Positions 24,214 to 38,531 are shown, counted from the stretch's first letter. The stretch is DNA of 64,000 bases from Entomortierella parvispora E1425 (GCA_020891255.1 BQFW01000001.1:1612001-1676000), one strand, 5' to 3'. A program made the numbers and translations. Notes: generated by a model not told the origin, from the letters alone.

Positions 24214-26690
24214 GCTGCTCCAAGTATGGATGTGTAAAAGAGTGAACGAATGTGTGTGTCGTGTGTGAGTGGTGTGCGTGAGTGCTGAGTGAATCTGGTG
24301 TTGTGCGGGTAGGTCCAATCACCAGCTGGTCGTGTCGCTGTGTGGAGGAAAGCGTACAAAAGTTGCAGTGGCGACGAGGGGATGAAGAAGAGGAATCAGG
24401 GCACAGACGAACGAGCAGAGGGAAAAGAAAAGGGAAGAAAAGAGGGCGGCGGTAAAAAAAAAAGAAAGGGCTACCGGAGAATTTACCAGGCGCCTGAATA
24501 AATAGAATAAGAAAGGCAACGGAAGAAAGGGAGGGTGGGAAGGAGTGGAAAAGGAAAGGCAGCTTGAGGACAAACAAATAGCAAGAGAGGAAACGAGGGA
24601 TGGGAGAGTCGAGGAGGAATACAAGGAAAGAAGGTCAAAGGGCACACTCGTCTTTCTTCCTGTCCAAAGGGTTTCTTGCTCTGGGATGCCGGTGGAGTCG
24701 AACTCGTCTGTGGGGTCGTCAGGTCTTTGGCTACGAGTTCAGTTCAGTCCTCCGGGGATTTGTTCAGCAACCCAACGAGTACAAGTGCAGGCACGCGGAT
24801 GTGCGGGATGATATAGTCCCTTTTTTCAATCTTTTTTTTTTCTTTTTTTTTTTCTTTGGAGGCGCGCAGGTCGAGTGAGGGTGGAGAGCACTCGTCTGTC
24901 TGTGGGTCAATCGACTCTTTTGTCGGAGTAGATCTGCGAACGAGCTGATTCCGGCCCTGAGGGGAATGGAGTCGAGGCCTGGAGCAAAGTGGCGAATTGC
25001 GCGGGATGGAGTGACCTTATTCGTATCTTTCAAGTTGCTGCAATCAAGGGGGGCCGCCAAAGGGTCGAGGGGGAGGGGACAAAGGAAAGAGGAGAAAGTG
25101 AGAAAGAAAGTGAGAGAGAGAGAGAGAGCCAAAAGGCAATGGGCTGCTGCACAAAAAGGAGACCTGGCTGACAATGCTCAGGCGAGAGAAGTACAGAGCA
25201 GGGCACACGAGGACGTTTGGATGGGAGAAGAGCAGAGATGCAAGAGGGAGGAGAGAAGGGATGAAAGGAAGGATGGAGAGGATGGAGGATTGAGATGGAG
25301 AGGACACAGGAAAGAGATGAAGAGAAAAAAGAGGCGACAACACAAACAAAGGGACCTGGCTGAGGTCAATAATAATAATAATATGTTTGTTGCGTTGTAA
25401 AGGAGAATTATCTCTGCCTGCGAGGGGGGCAGATCCCTTCTTCCCTTCTTTGACTGAGCCTCTCTCTTTTCTCTCTCTCTTGCTGCAGGTGTGCCCTGGT
25501 TGTCTGTCTGTCTTTTCTTCGTGCCCGCACCCGAGTCAACAAAACACACCTGCCTTTCATTCATATCAGCCAACCAACCACCAGCTTTGAACTGCAAATA
25601 ACAATAAAAAATCATAGAAAACACACAGATCGCCACCAGACAGCCCGACAGCCAGCCAGTGAGTAAGCCAGTCGGTCTTGATCGTCCGTTTAGAGTGCAC
25701 GAGAACCTCATCGCTGTTTGAAGCACCGAACCAACGGCGGGAGAGGGAAGGTTGCGTGCTTTGTGCTGCCTGCTCCTCCCCTCTGTCCCTCCTTCGTTAG
25801 ACACCCCCCTCCGCAGGACGCATCAGATGGTGCCCAACTGGCATCTCTCTGTTCGTTCTGTTCTGCAGCTAATTAACCTCCGAAATAAAACATCATCCCG
25901 CCGATCGCTTCGCGATTGCATGTTTGGAGCGTTGCGAGTTGGGCGCCAGTAAAAAGTCCACTCCCATCTCAAACCTGACCAAAGAGGAAGGGCCAGCTTG
26001 TTATTCCCCGCCAGTCTTTCCTCAGCCAATGGCTCCATCGATCTTCTTCCCCACAGTTCCCACCACTGCCACCAGCACTCGTTATAAGAAATACTCCGAG
26101 CGGTGGATGTTGTCGGGGTCTGACTGGAGCTCCCCTCCCTTTCCTTTTTTTTTTTCTGACAAAAAAAAAAAAAAAAAAAAACGGTGCTATTGATCTGAAC
26201 AACAGAAAAAAAACCACCCACCGTTGAGAAGGAAGGAAAGGGAGGATGGAAGGAAGGGGTTCTGACTTCAGAGAAAGAGAGGACACCTAATTGATTTTCT
26301 GATGCCTCCGACTCTCCGTTTCTTTTTTTCTCTCTCTCCCTTCCTCTCTATCTTTCCAACTTTTGGTCTATCAAAGAGATTAAATGATCCATCGATCAAT
26401 AATTGCAAAATGAAATGCCAGAGATTATGAAGAGATAGAAAAGGTGCAGGTCTCTGAGTTGCGAGTGTGACAGAAGAGTGGATGCAAACGTTTTTCTGTA
26501 ATGAGACCAAACTGCTCAAATGTTCGTCTCAATTGACCTGACGATCGACTGACTTAATACCAACTTTACTATCCGCATTTCATCAATAGAACATCGTCGG
26601 CAGATAACCTTGCTCCAAAAGAAAACGTGCCCTTCAAAAGACCAGATGAACACCCTCGAGGCTCTTTGCTCCCTTTCTTCCTCCATCACT

Positions 26691-26707
26691 CCCCCCCCCC
26701 CCCCCCC
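26691..26707. repeat. C17 homopolymer (G17 on minus strand) near long poly-A tracts
   Basis: Read directly from the sequence. Confidence 0.9.
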
Positions 26708-28463
26708 TTTTTTACCAAAAGGAAAAAGGGAAAAAATGATGATCGGATGATGGACCACTTTTAGAGGTTAAAAAACACACGCACCCAAAAAAAAAAAAAA
26801 AAAAAAAAAACGCTTAACTGACTCCTTTATCATGATGAACGCGTGCCTGCCCTTCTTTTATGATTTATCCAATGAGGCTGAACGACAAGAAATGGACCAC
26901 CAGGGGTGGATGACACGTCTGCATGCAGCAGCCAATTGTGTAAAGAGAAAAAAGTAAAATAAAATAACCTGCTCCAGAAGGTCACGCCGCAGGTGCATGT
27001 CAGCGTTGCGAGTTGTGCAGCCGTGCCCGCCAGCCGTTTTTTTTTTCCACCGCCGGAGGTTTTTTTTTTTTGCTTTGTGACCCAACCCAAACTGAGAAAG
27101 AGATGGTGGGTCCAACGTAAACAATTGAACAAAATAAATTTCCTTTGTTGACTTTGTTGCGCTGCCGCATGGACAAGTGGAGGATGGAAGGAGGGGAGCA
27201 TGGGGCAGGCTGTGGAAGGAGACAGGGGGAAGGGGCAGTAGATTCAATATCATCTTGGTAAGCAATCTTCCTCCATGAAATGGACCAAACACGTAACCGC
27301 CCGGAGAGAATAGCTGCTCTATTGCATCTGTCCCGAAGCTCAACGGGGCATGTGCAGGTGGATGTGCATGTCCTCTCTGTCCTCTCGTGCGAGGGGGGAG
27401 GGCTGTTTCCTCGGAAATTGAGCAGAACGGAAACAAGGGCCGACTGGGTTCTTTGAAAATTCTCCGGTTCTTTTCGCTGTCCTCTCTCCTCCCAAAAATT
27501 CGATTTGACCACTCTGCCAAGTCTGCCTTCTGTTTTGCGCCTTGGAAGGGGACAAGCGGGTCATGTGGCATGTCTAGGCTTTTACTTTGCCAATTTTGAT
27601 AATCCTCCTTGTCCTATTTTTCCTTCCAATCGCGACATTGCTCTTTACCCAGGACCAACCTTCAAAGAGAACCTTTTTTTTTTTTTGGTCCATCTCCCCT
27701 CTCACCTGTCCTTGTGCTCGTGCTCCCTCTCTTCTCTCCAAAGTCTGCGCCCACGCCCTCTGAGAGTAAATAGGTTGTCTGTGAATAAATCGAAACATGC
27801 AGCCTGCCACAGAAAAAAAAAATTGGCGAGGGCGCGATTGGACGTTTGTTTGCTCAATTGGAGAGGCGCCGACCAGTTGGCATTTTCAAAGTCTTCAACT
27901 TGTTCTCTATGGCGAAATCTGCTCTCATTCTGTTCTCATTTCTTCACCTGTCTATTTTGCTAACATCATCCAACCGCTGTTCTTTGCGCCCCTGCAGAGC
28001 ACACTAGAATATCCAACCATCATCCTCCCCTTTTGCCCAACAGGGGCGTCAATAGTAAAAACACAGGTCCAATCGGGAAACAATACGGTTTTGAGCAATG
28101 AGAACGAGTGGTCCTTTGAGCATCTGGCGCAGCGCTGTTGGAGGGGCGAGTGATTGCTCGTTGTACCTCAAACCTTGTTTTCCCTGAACAGAGGCAAAAA
28201 GAAAAATCGTCCCCATTTTTCCGGGGTCCACAAACAAACAAGCCAAGGAAAAGAATTGCGCGCGTGAGCTTGGGCGAGAAGGTTCCTTCTTTAATCACCC
28301 TTTTCTTTTTAAAAATATTAATACAAGGTGGGAGTATTGTCGATATACAAGAAGGAACAGGGCAAATGAGTAGACAATGGGGTTGGTGGGAAAGAAAGAC
28401 TAGAAAGGGATACTCTAAGGCAGACAAGGCAGGATAAGGTCACGAAACAACGAAAAGGGTAAC

Positions 28464-31400
28464 TTAGGGCGAGGATGAGCCATTCGGAGTAACTCCGGAA
28501 GCGGTCATCCAAGGGTGGGACAAAACTTCCTCGATATAGGGTCGCTTATCAATGTCCCTGGACAACATACGCCGAATCAACGCGATCGAGTCTATCAATT
28601 GAAATAAACAGAAAGTGTTAAGAGTCACGTAATCATCCCAGATGAGACAACAATCCAGTAGAAAGAATTGTGAACTATACCTTCTGACAGTACAAACGGC
28701 ACCCTCAAATCCCGACTCAGGATCTCGTCAATGTTGTAGAACGGATTCTCCTTGTAGATCAATGTATACAGCAAGATACCCAAAGCCCAGATATCCTGCT
28801 TGCGACCTTCATACTTCTTGCCCGTCAGCACTTCGGGTGCTGCATAGTCCAGCGTGCCACAGAAGGTATCAAACTTCTTGCCTTCCTTCAGATAAGCAGA
28901 TGACCCAAAGTCAATCAACTGGATCTTGCCTTCCTGATCCAGAATCACATTTTCATCCTTGATATCCCTGTGCACAATCTTGTTCGAGTGGAGATGATAC
29001 ACTGCATCGCAGACCTGCTTGAAAATGTTCCGGATCTCATCCTCCGTCATATAGGGCGTCAGCTCGATATAGTCAAAAAGGTCCATTCCTGCACCATGAA
29101 GGGCCATCTCCACATAGTAGTGCTCCTCGTCCTCAAAGAAATCCATCATCAACACGATGTTGGGATGAGGAATAAGTCGAAGCGTGTGCATGATCGAGAC
29201 CTCCATTGGAATCATGCCCAAGATCCTGTCATTCGTCCAGCAATCAACCAGGATTCGGCTCTTGACGATATACTTCATCACCACCTTGTTTGAACCTGAC
29301 TTCAAACAGCAGAGCTTGACTTGTCCATACGCTCCCTGTCCAAGCGAATCCAAGATATCATAGTCCGCAATGGTGTGCTGGTGTGTCACAGCTGAGTACT
29401 GGGTCTTCAAGTTGTCAGTTGAAAGACGTGAGGATGGCGTGGATGGGGCGGGAGAACATGGAGAGGCACACGAAGAGGACGACGAAAGCTCAGATGAAAA
29501 CTGCCGACTCAGCGAAGTCGTCACACTGGGCAGATGCGCTGATTTCGGAGTGCCGGGAGAGGATGGCTCGAGTGTGCCCTCAATCGCATCGCTTGTGTCT
29601 GGTACAACTTGCTCGCTACTTGTCTCGGATGATGTCGGTGTGGCCTGCACATCCTCCATCGCGGATGAGAGAGATTTCAAGGGAGTCAAAGCTGGCGCCA
29701 CCAACGGCTTTTTGTTGGGCTCTCGGGAGAAACTGATTTCCCGATCGTAGGTAATCCAGACCGCAAACATCCGCCCTTCAGGAGATTCGATCATTCGGAT
29801 CTGGATGTCGATATCCAGAGGCGTCCCGTCCCGATGCAGGCCCACAATGCCAGAATTTGATACGAATGCATTATTTGTTCTCTTCAGCAAGGCTGACATC
29901 CCAAAGTTTCGTTTGAAGACCGAACTCTGCTTGCTCCCAACAGCTGGAGATTCTGTGTTGGAAGAGTCTGGATTGGGGCTATCGTCCTGTGACTTTGGCT
30001 GGGCAAAGAAATCTGGAGATAAAATGGAAGGCTTCCGTACCTCCGCCGCAGTTTTCCGGATGATAGTTGCAGTCACGACAGCGCCTTCGCTCAACTGGAC
30101 ATACTCGCCGTCCAGCGGCTTGTCCTTTTCCTCCAATAGCTTTTCCAGAATAGATTGGAACTGTGGTATCAGATCGTTGATAGATCGCGTCTCATTCAAA
30201 TCTGCAGCCGGGTAGCCAAAGAGGTATTTCGTAAACACGGTGTTGGCGCTCTGAATCATGCCAGACGCGTGGGTGGTGATCACGCCTGCAATTGCAGGCA
30301 TGGAGATGATGCGGAGCAGATAGCCATCCATAGACTCTTGGTCTAGATTGAACGGGTTCGCCTCTGGATCGATGTGCTCTGACGGATTCAAGATTTTGCA
30401 GATGATCGGAAATGTGCTTCCATTCTTGGATTTTGAGCCGAAGAATTTGATCACGTTGATTTGGTGCACATCCAAGGTGGCAAACGACGTCTCCGGATCG
30501 ACAGATTGTAGTTTCTCAAGAGCAGGAATCAATGTCGTGATCGATCTTCCCAAGAGTTCCATGTAATCATAGGCATAAAGATCAAAGACAGCGCCCTCGA
30601 TGTTCAAAATTTCTCCCTGTGGATAATGATCACAAAAATTCAGTCAGTCAATGACGATCCAGAACGAGATGAGATGACCCCCTTATTCGCCCAACGGCTC
30701 TTTCTCCACCCTTGCTTCGTATAAATTATTTTTGGTCCAAGGTCCCAGTCCTGCAGATTCCACGCTCTGCATGTTTGCTCTCGTCCAGCGTGATCAGGGC
30801 TGCAGTCCAGTAGGATTGCCTTGCATGCAGTTAGATCGATCAAAAATAACAGGAGACAAAATAACTCACCGAGCTCGATATCACTGCTGACACAACCGAC
30901 TCTGAGATCTCCTCAAACACCCAGATGTAGACCAGTTGACCAGATGCGTCCCTCCGTTGCTTGAGCCAAAGGGAGGCTGCTGCAGAGTGAGAATTGCGTT
31001 TCTGAATCCGGATCTAGCAACACCAAAAATAGTAGAAACGTTTAGTGATGCTAAAACAACAGTAGCTTGTCGGCTGATGCGATAACCTTGTTCTTTGGAA
31101 GAACGTGAAAAACAAGATCTTTGATCTCCTCAGTGACACATGAGACGCGTCCGATAGCCAGCAATTGCAGGAACAGCGCATCGGAGGAGTAACAATTCCT
31201 TTTTGCTTAGTTTTCAACAGCAAGGCCGGTAAGATAGTGTGATGACGGCAAGAATCAACCACACGATAAGAGAGCCCCGCTTAGGAGAACAAGGAGGGAA
31301 GGAGTAAGGGAAAGGGCTGGCAAACGATAGGATTTTCCCGAAGGCGAAAAAGAAGGAGACAAAAAAATAGGACAAGAAGGAAGGCACAGACTGGCTGGCC

Positions 31401-31707
31401 AAACTCACGAGAGATAACGACCAGGTATTCACGAGCGATCAATGCACTGATTCCACACAAAACAACAAGGTGTCATCAGTAGCAAGAGCAACACAAAAGA
31501 ACAATCCATGTCCGCAGGAACATTGCTGTTCAGGCACGGCGGGAGAAGTAGCGCGGGATCCATGTCGAAAACATGGGAAACAGCAGCGGGAGGACACAGA
31601 ATGGACGAGAAGAGGGGCGGTGTGTAAAAATCATAGGTTGTCCTTTCAAGAAAGCAGGACCAAAGAAGGGGGGCATGCAATGCTGCAAGACCCCAAGTGC
31701 CCGCAAC

Positions 31708-31748
<41 letters not shown>

Positions 31749-32571
31749 CGCAACGCTGGGGCCCCCCGGACGCATTGCCACTGATCTATCAACCTACCAC
31801 TTTTCCGCAGAGTAACACATGCTCGTCGTTGCCATTGTCGCCTGCATCATGCTCTTGCTGCCGAAGCAACGTGTCCAGCTTCTCCTTGTAAGGGCTGGCG
31901 ACTAGATCCAAGATCCGCATCGTTGTCAGTTCGCCTCCGTGATAGCCAAAGACGAGCGATGACACGTCGTTGGCCATAATGATACCCCAGTTCTGGTCGG
32001 TGGTAATCATGGCCTGATTCTGAGGCACAAACCGTGTAGGCGAGTGTAGTGAGCTGTAGTTGCCTACTGTGGAAATGGTTGCAACTGAGAGTGGGCGTGC
32101 AGTCCTGTCCTTGATTTGTTGTAAAGAGGCAGCTGAGGAACTGGGAACGTCCGTCATGGTTCTTTTGAGCTTTGGTTTAGCTGGACCGGTCGAGGTTGGT
32201 TCTGTGAAGGCAGACAAGGCAGAGGGTGTCGGCGAGGGGTATGCGCCTATGGAAAAGTTGTCTGTGGGTGTGGTCGAGGCAGAGACAGGAAAGACATTGG
32301 ACATTGGCACCTGCCATCCCTTGATCTTCTGCTTCATGAAGTCGATGGACCGGTAAAAGATACTCCTCCGACCCTCGATAAAGGTCTTATCATGAGTGCC
32401 GTTCGTGAACGAGTAGGAATGAAGCGATTCGTTCGAGAACTTTGCCAGTTCATCCGTCGTGCTGGCCATCACGGGCGCTCTTGGGGCGATTGGCGGGAGG
32501 GTCGCGCCTGTGGCATGCATGGCGTCTTGATTGAGATGAGGCGACTGCTTGGCACTGGCAGCAAGGGGCAT
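28464..32571 (-). CDS. PSK1: PAS domain-containing Ser/Thr protein kinase (Psk/PASK family)
   Basis: N-terminal DELAKFSNESLHSYSF, multiple PAS-like segments (AMITTDQNWGIIMANDVSSLVFGY; IWVFEEI). Kinase motifs LGQGAYGQV, HRDIKDEN, IDFGS, FCGTLDYAAPE and DIWALG. The last exon ends SHPWMTASGVTPNGSSSP*. Confidence 0.92.
31715..31745. repeat. (CA)n microsatellite in a PAS kinase intron
   Basis: Read directly from the sequence. Confidence 0.95.
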
Positions 32572-32762
32572 AGGACGAATGCGGAACAGGCCAGAGTAGG
32601 GGATCGGATCCTCAAATGCAGAGGAATCTGCCGACTGTTGGGATGAAGAGGGGGAAGTGGAAGTGGAGAGGGAGAGAGAAGTCGGCTGGCTGCAGTTGAG
32701 TGTCGGTCGTCGAGTTGGATGGGAATGCGGAGAAAAGAGAAAAGAAGAATAATGGCAATCAA

Positions 32763-32776
32763 ACAGACAGACAGAA

Positions 32777-32813
<37 letters not shown>

Positions 32814-32814
32814 G
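32763..32814. repeat. (GACA)n microsatellite upstream of PAS kinase
   Basis: About 13 units with one variant. Confidence 0.95.
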
Positions 32815-33302
32815 TTAGAAGAATAATGAAGGGCTATTCTCGGGGCGGCAATCAGTTTGAGGAGGTATAGAGAGACAAAGGTGGTTGGTTGAAGGAGAGA
32901 GGGAAGAGATATGCGAAAGATACATGAATGTCAAGGAAGGGAGGAGACGAAAGAGAGAGAGAGACAGAGAGAGAGAACTGCACTGGTGACAGACACAGCC
33001 TGACAGCACAGTAGAGGTGGCAGAACAGACACAGACAGAACAAGACCGACAAAAACAACGTGGTTGGTTCTCTCTTTTTTTTTTCGCCTTTCTTATGTCT
33101 GTGACTCTCTGACTCGCGTCGTGTTCTTTCTAGGGATGCCTCCTGTCTGCCTGCGCTTCCTTTCTCTCTTCTCTCTCGCCCACCCCTCCTTCTTCACCTC
33201 CTATTGCTTACCGGGACTCCATCGTAGGATCGACTCTTTCTGCTGGACACGACTCAACGGCGCAACGGAAAGCAGCCTCAGGGAGAGTGAAAAAAAAAGG
33301 AC

Positions 33303-33355
33303 TCGCAGAGAGAGAGAGCGAGAGAGAGCGAGAGAGAGTGAGAGAGTGAGAGAGA
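33303..33355. repeat. Interrupted (GA)n microsatellite
   Basis: Read directly from the sequence. Confidence 0.85.
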
Positions 33356-34548
33356 AAGGAAGAGGGAATGCAAGAGAGACAGAGAGCACGAGGCACAGGC
33401 TGAGGAGACTCTCTCTTGTCAGGACGGGATAGGAGCCAGCTGGGCTTGGCTCAAAACGTGGCCTTTTCTTTTGTTGTGTTGTCGAATCGTATCGATGAAA
33501 GAGTGTTGCTAAATTGTCTATCTTGGAGCAACACGGGTCATCGTTCAGGCTAGGCGAAATGAAGACGATTGAATGAACAAAGAGTAGGAGAGTACGTGAT
33601 GTAATCGGACAACGGTGCTCCTGTTTGATGTATGCAATCAACAAAGAAGAAGAGACTGGAACTAGGTCCAGGACAGGAAGGAAGACTGAAAGGAACGAAA
33701 GAAGGACGAGCAAGGGAGAGAGGGGAAACGTGGAAGGACAGAAGCGTGGAGGACGAATGGGAAGAAAAGAGTAAAAGAGAAGGCAGAAAGAAAGGACATG
33801 CGAGAGATGCTGTGCACCCATTCAATTCATCCATGCGCCTGCTTTGCCCCTCCCTCCTTCACCCCTGTCAAGCATATGACAATGCCCGTGGGTGTCCACG
33901 GACCCGGCCCTGACGAGAGCATGGACCATGAGCGTATGTGTCACCACCTCCTTTCACCCCCAAAATGCAAGCGGCGGTGCCTTTGGCAGCAACACTGTTC
34001 CCTCATTCTCGCCTCTGACATCCCTGTCAACGATCGTCCTTTCTCCTACAACAAAACCAAACGCCACCATGCACTTCACCTGAAGAAACTTTCGCACGCT
34101 GTCCTTTTCAATCTCTGACTTTTCATGTCCTTACTTTTTGACAAATTCTTAGCTTTGTTGTTGATCACGATACAAAAAAACCACACAAACCATGCTCGCG
34201 TCCACACCTTCAAACCCCACAAAAAAGGCCCTCCCCATGTCACCAGGTTCCCATGCACACAATCTACTCTACTCTTATTATTGGCCATCCATGCGCCGTC
34301 AACAACAATAAAGTCGCCTTTTTGAAGAAGAAAAAAATCATGCATGCCTGAACGCCTCTTGTCCTTCCATGTCCGACGCTTACTCTACCTCTGTCTCTTT
34401 TGACCACACCATTGTCACGTCAGCAAAATGAATCTCATTCTTCAAAGAGGCAACATTCAATGGTAATATTTTGATTGACCAGAGCACTGGATGCTTTATA
34501 TCGAGATTAGAAAAGGTGGGAAAACAAGTCGAGTTAAACCGGAAGGAT

Positions 34549-35612
34549 TTACTTCTTCTTGTTGGCCTCCTCCTCCTCCTTGGCCTTGCGACGGGCCTCA
34601 CGGATTCCGTGAAGACGGGCAATGGAGCGAGCCTTGCGGTGCTGCTCGAAGGCAGAGTTGTTCTTCTCCTCCTCAGTGATCTTGCGAGCCTTCTCCTTGG
34701 CCCAGACCTGGGTGACGGGGAAAAGGGCACCGGTCAACTGAACGGCGGCGTTGACCTCAGTGGCCTCAGCATCGCCAGACTTGGCCTTGCCAGCCTTGCG
34801 GGGGAAGACGATCAACTTGGCCTTGTAGGCCTTGAGGCGCTGAACGTTGAGCTGGAGGGACTCCTCGGACTTGTTGCGGCGACGGTGGTCGACGGAAACA
34901 CCGATGGAGAGAGCCTCCTTGCGGCGGATACCAGCAGCCTAAAACATTACAGCAAATAAATATTCTGGTTAGGGCCTCTGCTATTTGCTTCGATTTCTTT
35001 CCTGTCCCTGCATAGGCCATTCGATCAACACAAGAAATCGTCCTCGTTATCCTCCATCTTGAAATGAAAAAGAATTGTACCTTGAGCTCCTCAAGGGTGA
35101 AACCACGACCAGCACGGAGCTTGGTGTTGTACTTGATGGTAGGGCAGCGAACGGCGGGGCGGATCAAGCCATCGACGGGGCGGGGGGCGATGCGGGCGGC
35201 CTTCTGGACACGCGCGATACGTCTGGACTTCTTGCGACCAGGCTGATCCAACCAGGTCTTGACACGCGACTGCCAGTCCTTGCGGAAGTGCTGTTGAATT
35301 TCAAAGAGGTTTTGATATCGTTCTGATTAACATCCAGTAAAAAGTAGTTTCCTTGGGGCTTCCAAAATAAAAAAATGTCGGCTTTGGTCATGAATGAGTC
35401 TGAGCTGGGGGTTTTGGAGTCCAAAAAGAGGAATAGGTTTTGCATCCAAGCTGTTGCTCTCCTCGAGTAACGATGCAGAACAAAAGCATGGCGCATGGAT
35501 GCAGTGTCTATCCCTCCTTGAACTCTGTCCAGCTGCTCCTCACTTCCATGCCGACCCTTTTTTCTGATTCGAGAATACGCACCTCTCCGGGCAATTGGTT
35601 GTTGTGCTTCAT
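34549..35612 (-). CDS. RPL13: 60S ribosomal protein L13 (eL13), 3 exons
   Basis: [10 protein letters not shown]|[24 protein letters not shown]...[11 protein letters not shown]|...[23 protein letters not shown]. Confidence 0.97.
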
Positions 35613-36543
35613 GGTCTGTTGAGAAGAGTCATCCGTAACAAAGAGCGATCCATGCCATTGATTGATGAGTGAGCGATTGGATCCAGCGAGTGAAAAGAGG
35701 AACGATTCCGATTGAAAGATAAGAAGTCCACGGTGAAGTTGGAGAAGAAGAAAAGAAACCATCGTCAGTAAAACGAGTCTTTGTACCATGGATGCTGATC
35801 AATCAGTCCTTCCTTGATCGCCTCGGTTGAATCATGGTTTGGTGATGGCGTCGCATGTATCCCTCCCACAGTTCCGTTGAGTTGTTGCATTCAATGGATG
35901 GGTTCCATGCCACAATGAATTGTTCCATCCAAGTGATTATTGACAGCCAAAACAGTGCTAGGAGTGACAATATCTCTGAAAGGTCGGATCCTGAGGGGTG
36001 GATGATCAACATGATCCTGACATGGTTGAAGTGGTGAATGATAGCGGTATCATGGCGCAAGGTCGATCGATGGATTGATAGTAACGGCTATCGGTCGGAT
36101 GCGCCCATCCACGATTCTGGTCTCGAATCATTACCAAAAATTTGGATCAAAGCAAAGGAGGCTCAATACATCCGCCTGGCAAGAAACTTTATGGCACCAA
36201 AAAAAATGACTCACGTGATCAGAACTTTTTTTTTTTTTTTTTTTTTTTCTTTTTTTTTTTTGCGTGCCCGCTGGCTGTTGTGGGGCCGCAAGAGAATTTT
36301 GTATTGACATTTTTTAAACAGTTATCTGGGTGCATGTGGATCATCAGGCTAAGCCTGAATAACATAATATGACTATCTGGTATCGTTATTGTGAGAGTGT
36401 GTTGCATGTGTCTGTGCTTGTGTGTGAGGGAGGGGTAGAAATGAGGGGCAACAATGAAAGGTAAGAAGTGGAAGGTTATTGACATAAAATATGATGGCAG
36501 AAAGAGACATCCCGCGCTTTTTCCATCTTCTCTCAGCCCTCGT

Positions 36544-38531
36544 CTAATAAAGGCGAGCGGTTTCTCGGGTGGAACTCAGAGGGTTGTGCGAAGGATGGTG
36601 GCCCGTGAGCAGATGGGTCGACTTTGTCGGGTGATGATGTGTCTCGTTTGAGAAACCATCACCGATCGCCGCGGGTGCCGGTGGGCTCTTCAACATTGGT
36701 TGTTGTTTCGCACCAGCAATACTGGCCAGTCGCGAGGGAAGGAAGAAGGTGCAGTAGCCTACCATGGCCACCAGGATATTGATCGGCAAGAACAACAGGC
36801 TAGATCGATGCTGCTCCTCCGTGATGCGATACGCCAGAATCGTGTCGTATTCGCGCATCTTCTCATCAATGCTGGCGAATCGCTCCTCGGCGTATGAACG
36901 AAGAAGGGTTTCCTTCTTGTCCTGGCGCCTCAATTGCTTGGTGAGTTGGTTGAGCGTTGGCTCGACGCTATCCTGAACCTGTGAGACTTCTCTCTTAGTT
37001 GCAAAGGCGCGTCGCAATTGAGCCATCTCGGCCTCCATGGAGACTACCTTTCGCTTTAAAGCCTCAACATCCGAATCAGGGTAGTGGACCTGTTCCTGGA
37101 GATGAAGAGCTCGAGCTTTCAAGAGACTGATCAAGTGGGTCAAAGGTCGGATACCTGAGGCGATGATGAAGAGCTCAATGTTGAGGGCCGAGAGGTAATC
37201 CTCATAAGACGAAAAGAATGACTTGAGATATTGGAGCGTGTATCCACCAATGAAGGGGGACGCCAGCACGAACAAAAGCGAAAAGAACTCTTGGTTTCGC
37301 AGACTGGACGCAGCATTCTGGCGGCGCTGTTCGAGGACAGGGTCCAGTGGCATGGCCGAAGCGCTAACGGAAGACAAGAGGATCCTTCTTGTGCGAGCTG
37401 CATAGTACAGCTCCCAGGGCACTATCGTAGTATGAACAAGAGAATGAGCGTTAAGAAAACTAGTCATAGACGGCGAAGGACAATATGACTTGACAACACA
37501 CATGCAAATGAAAGGCAAAAGAAAGCACGCGGGAACGATAGAGAATAGAGAGGACAACAAACACAAACATGAGAGCAACAAAAAAAGTAAGATGTCTGGC
37601 CACGGTCTATGCTTCCTGCGAACTGGGAACAAAGAGCAGGGCAGTGCTGGCTGGTGATTGTCGTGTTGTAGAAGATAATGATGTTATTGTTGTTATTGTT
37701 GTGTATTGTTGGATGCTTGGGCAAAAAGATGGGTGGTCCAAACACCCAGTCCACAAGAGATAAAATGTCGCCCATCGTGAACAAGGAGTCATGCCACCGG
37801 CTGGCAAGCGTGTGTGCGTGTGTGTGTGTGTGTGTGTATGTGTATGTATATGTATGTGTGCGTGTGTGAATGTGTTATGTGTATGTGTATGTGCATGTTT
37901 TGTTACCTTTGATGATATTGTAGAGGAAGAAGGCGATAAGGGCCAACGTCAGCATGTCGCTCCAGATATCCGACTTTCCAAAGACAAGGGCACCCAGCGG
38001 AGGCACAACCGCAAACAGGATTGGCCAACTGTGTGCACCACTCGAGTAGTCCGAGGGATCGTGCGCGGGACGGTGGTGTCGGTCCTGGGATCCCGACGAC
38101 CTATTCGGTGGCAGCGACGCGTTCGAGCCATTGCTGTGGTTCGAGAAGGAAGAAGCCGCGCCAGACTTGCTGTGCTGTGCGTTCAATCCTTGGTGGCTCC
38201 CCTTGTGTGCAAGTGTTGGGCCACTGGAAGAATTGGAGGACTGAGAGGAGGACCGACCTCCGTTGACTAGACGTGGGCTGGGGCTGGCATGGCTATTGTC
38301 AATCTCATGATGTTGAGCCGAAGACCCATTCTTCATGCCGTTGCTGGCACGACTGCTGGAGTAGTGCATGGACTTCTGAGTGCTATACATTGTTGGTTCC
38401 GAGTCTGAGGTGAGGGGCATGGTCGACGAAGACGAGGCGGTTGTGGTTGTGGTGGAGGAGATAGTGGTCGTTGTCGTTTCCTGGCGGACCTTCTCTTTAT
38501 CTGAATGCTGGTGGTGCTGCAGGTAGGTCAT
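36544..38531 (-). CDS. Uncharacterised fungal membrane protein with coiled coil, about 500 aa (exons 38531-37907 and 37421-36544)
   Basis: Hydrophobic segments HSWPILFAVVPPLGALVFGKSDIWSDMLTLALIAFFLYNIIK|VPWELYYAAR. The in-frame GT-AG intron gives 1503 coding nt. Confidence 0.8.
37809..37894. repeat. Degenerate (GT)n/(GTAT)n microsatellite within an intron
   Basis: Read directly from the sequence. Confidence 0.85.

Noticed and set aside
24300-28400. Many F/L/S-rich or K/R/E-rich ORFs upstream of the Zn-cluster gene
   Set aside because: They arise from purine/pyrimidine-skewed low-complexity DNA and homopolymer tracts, with no consistent splice structure or motifs.
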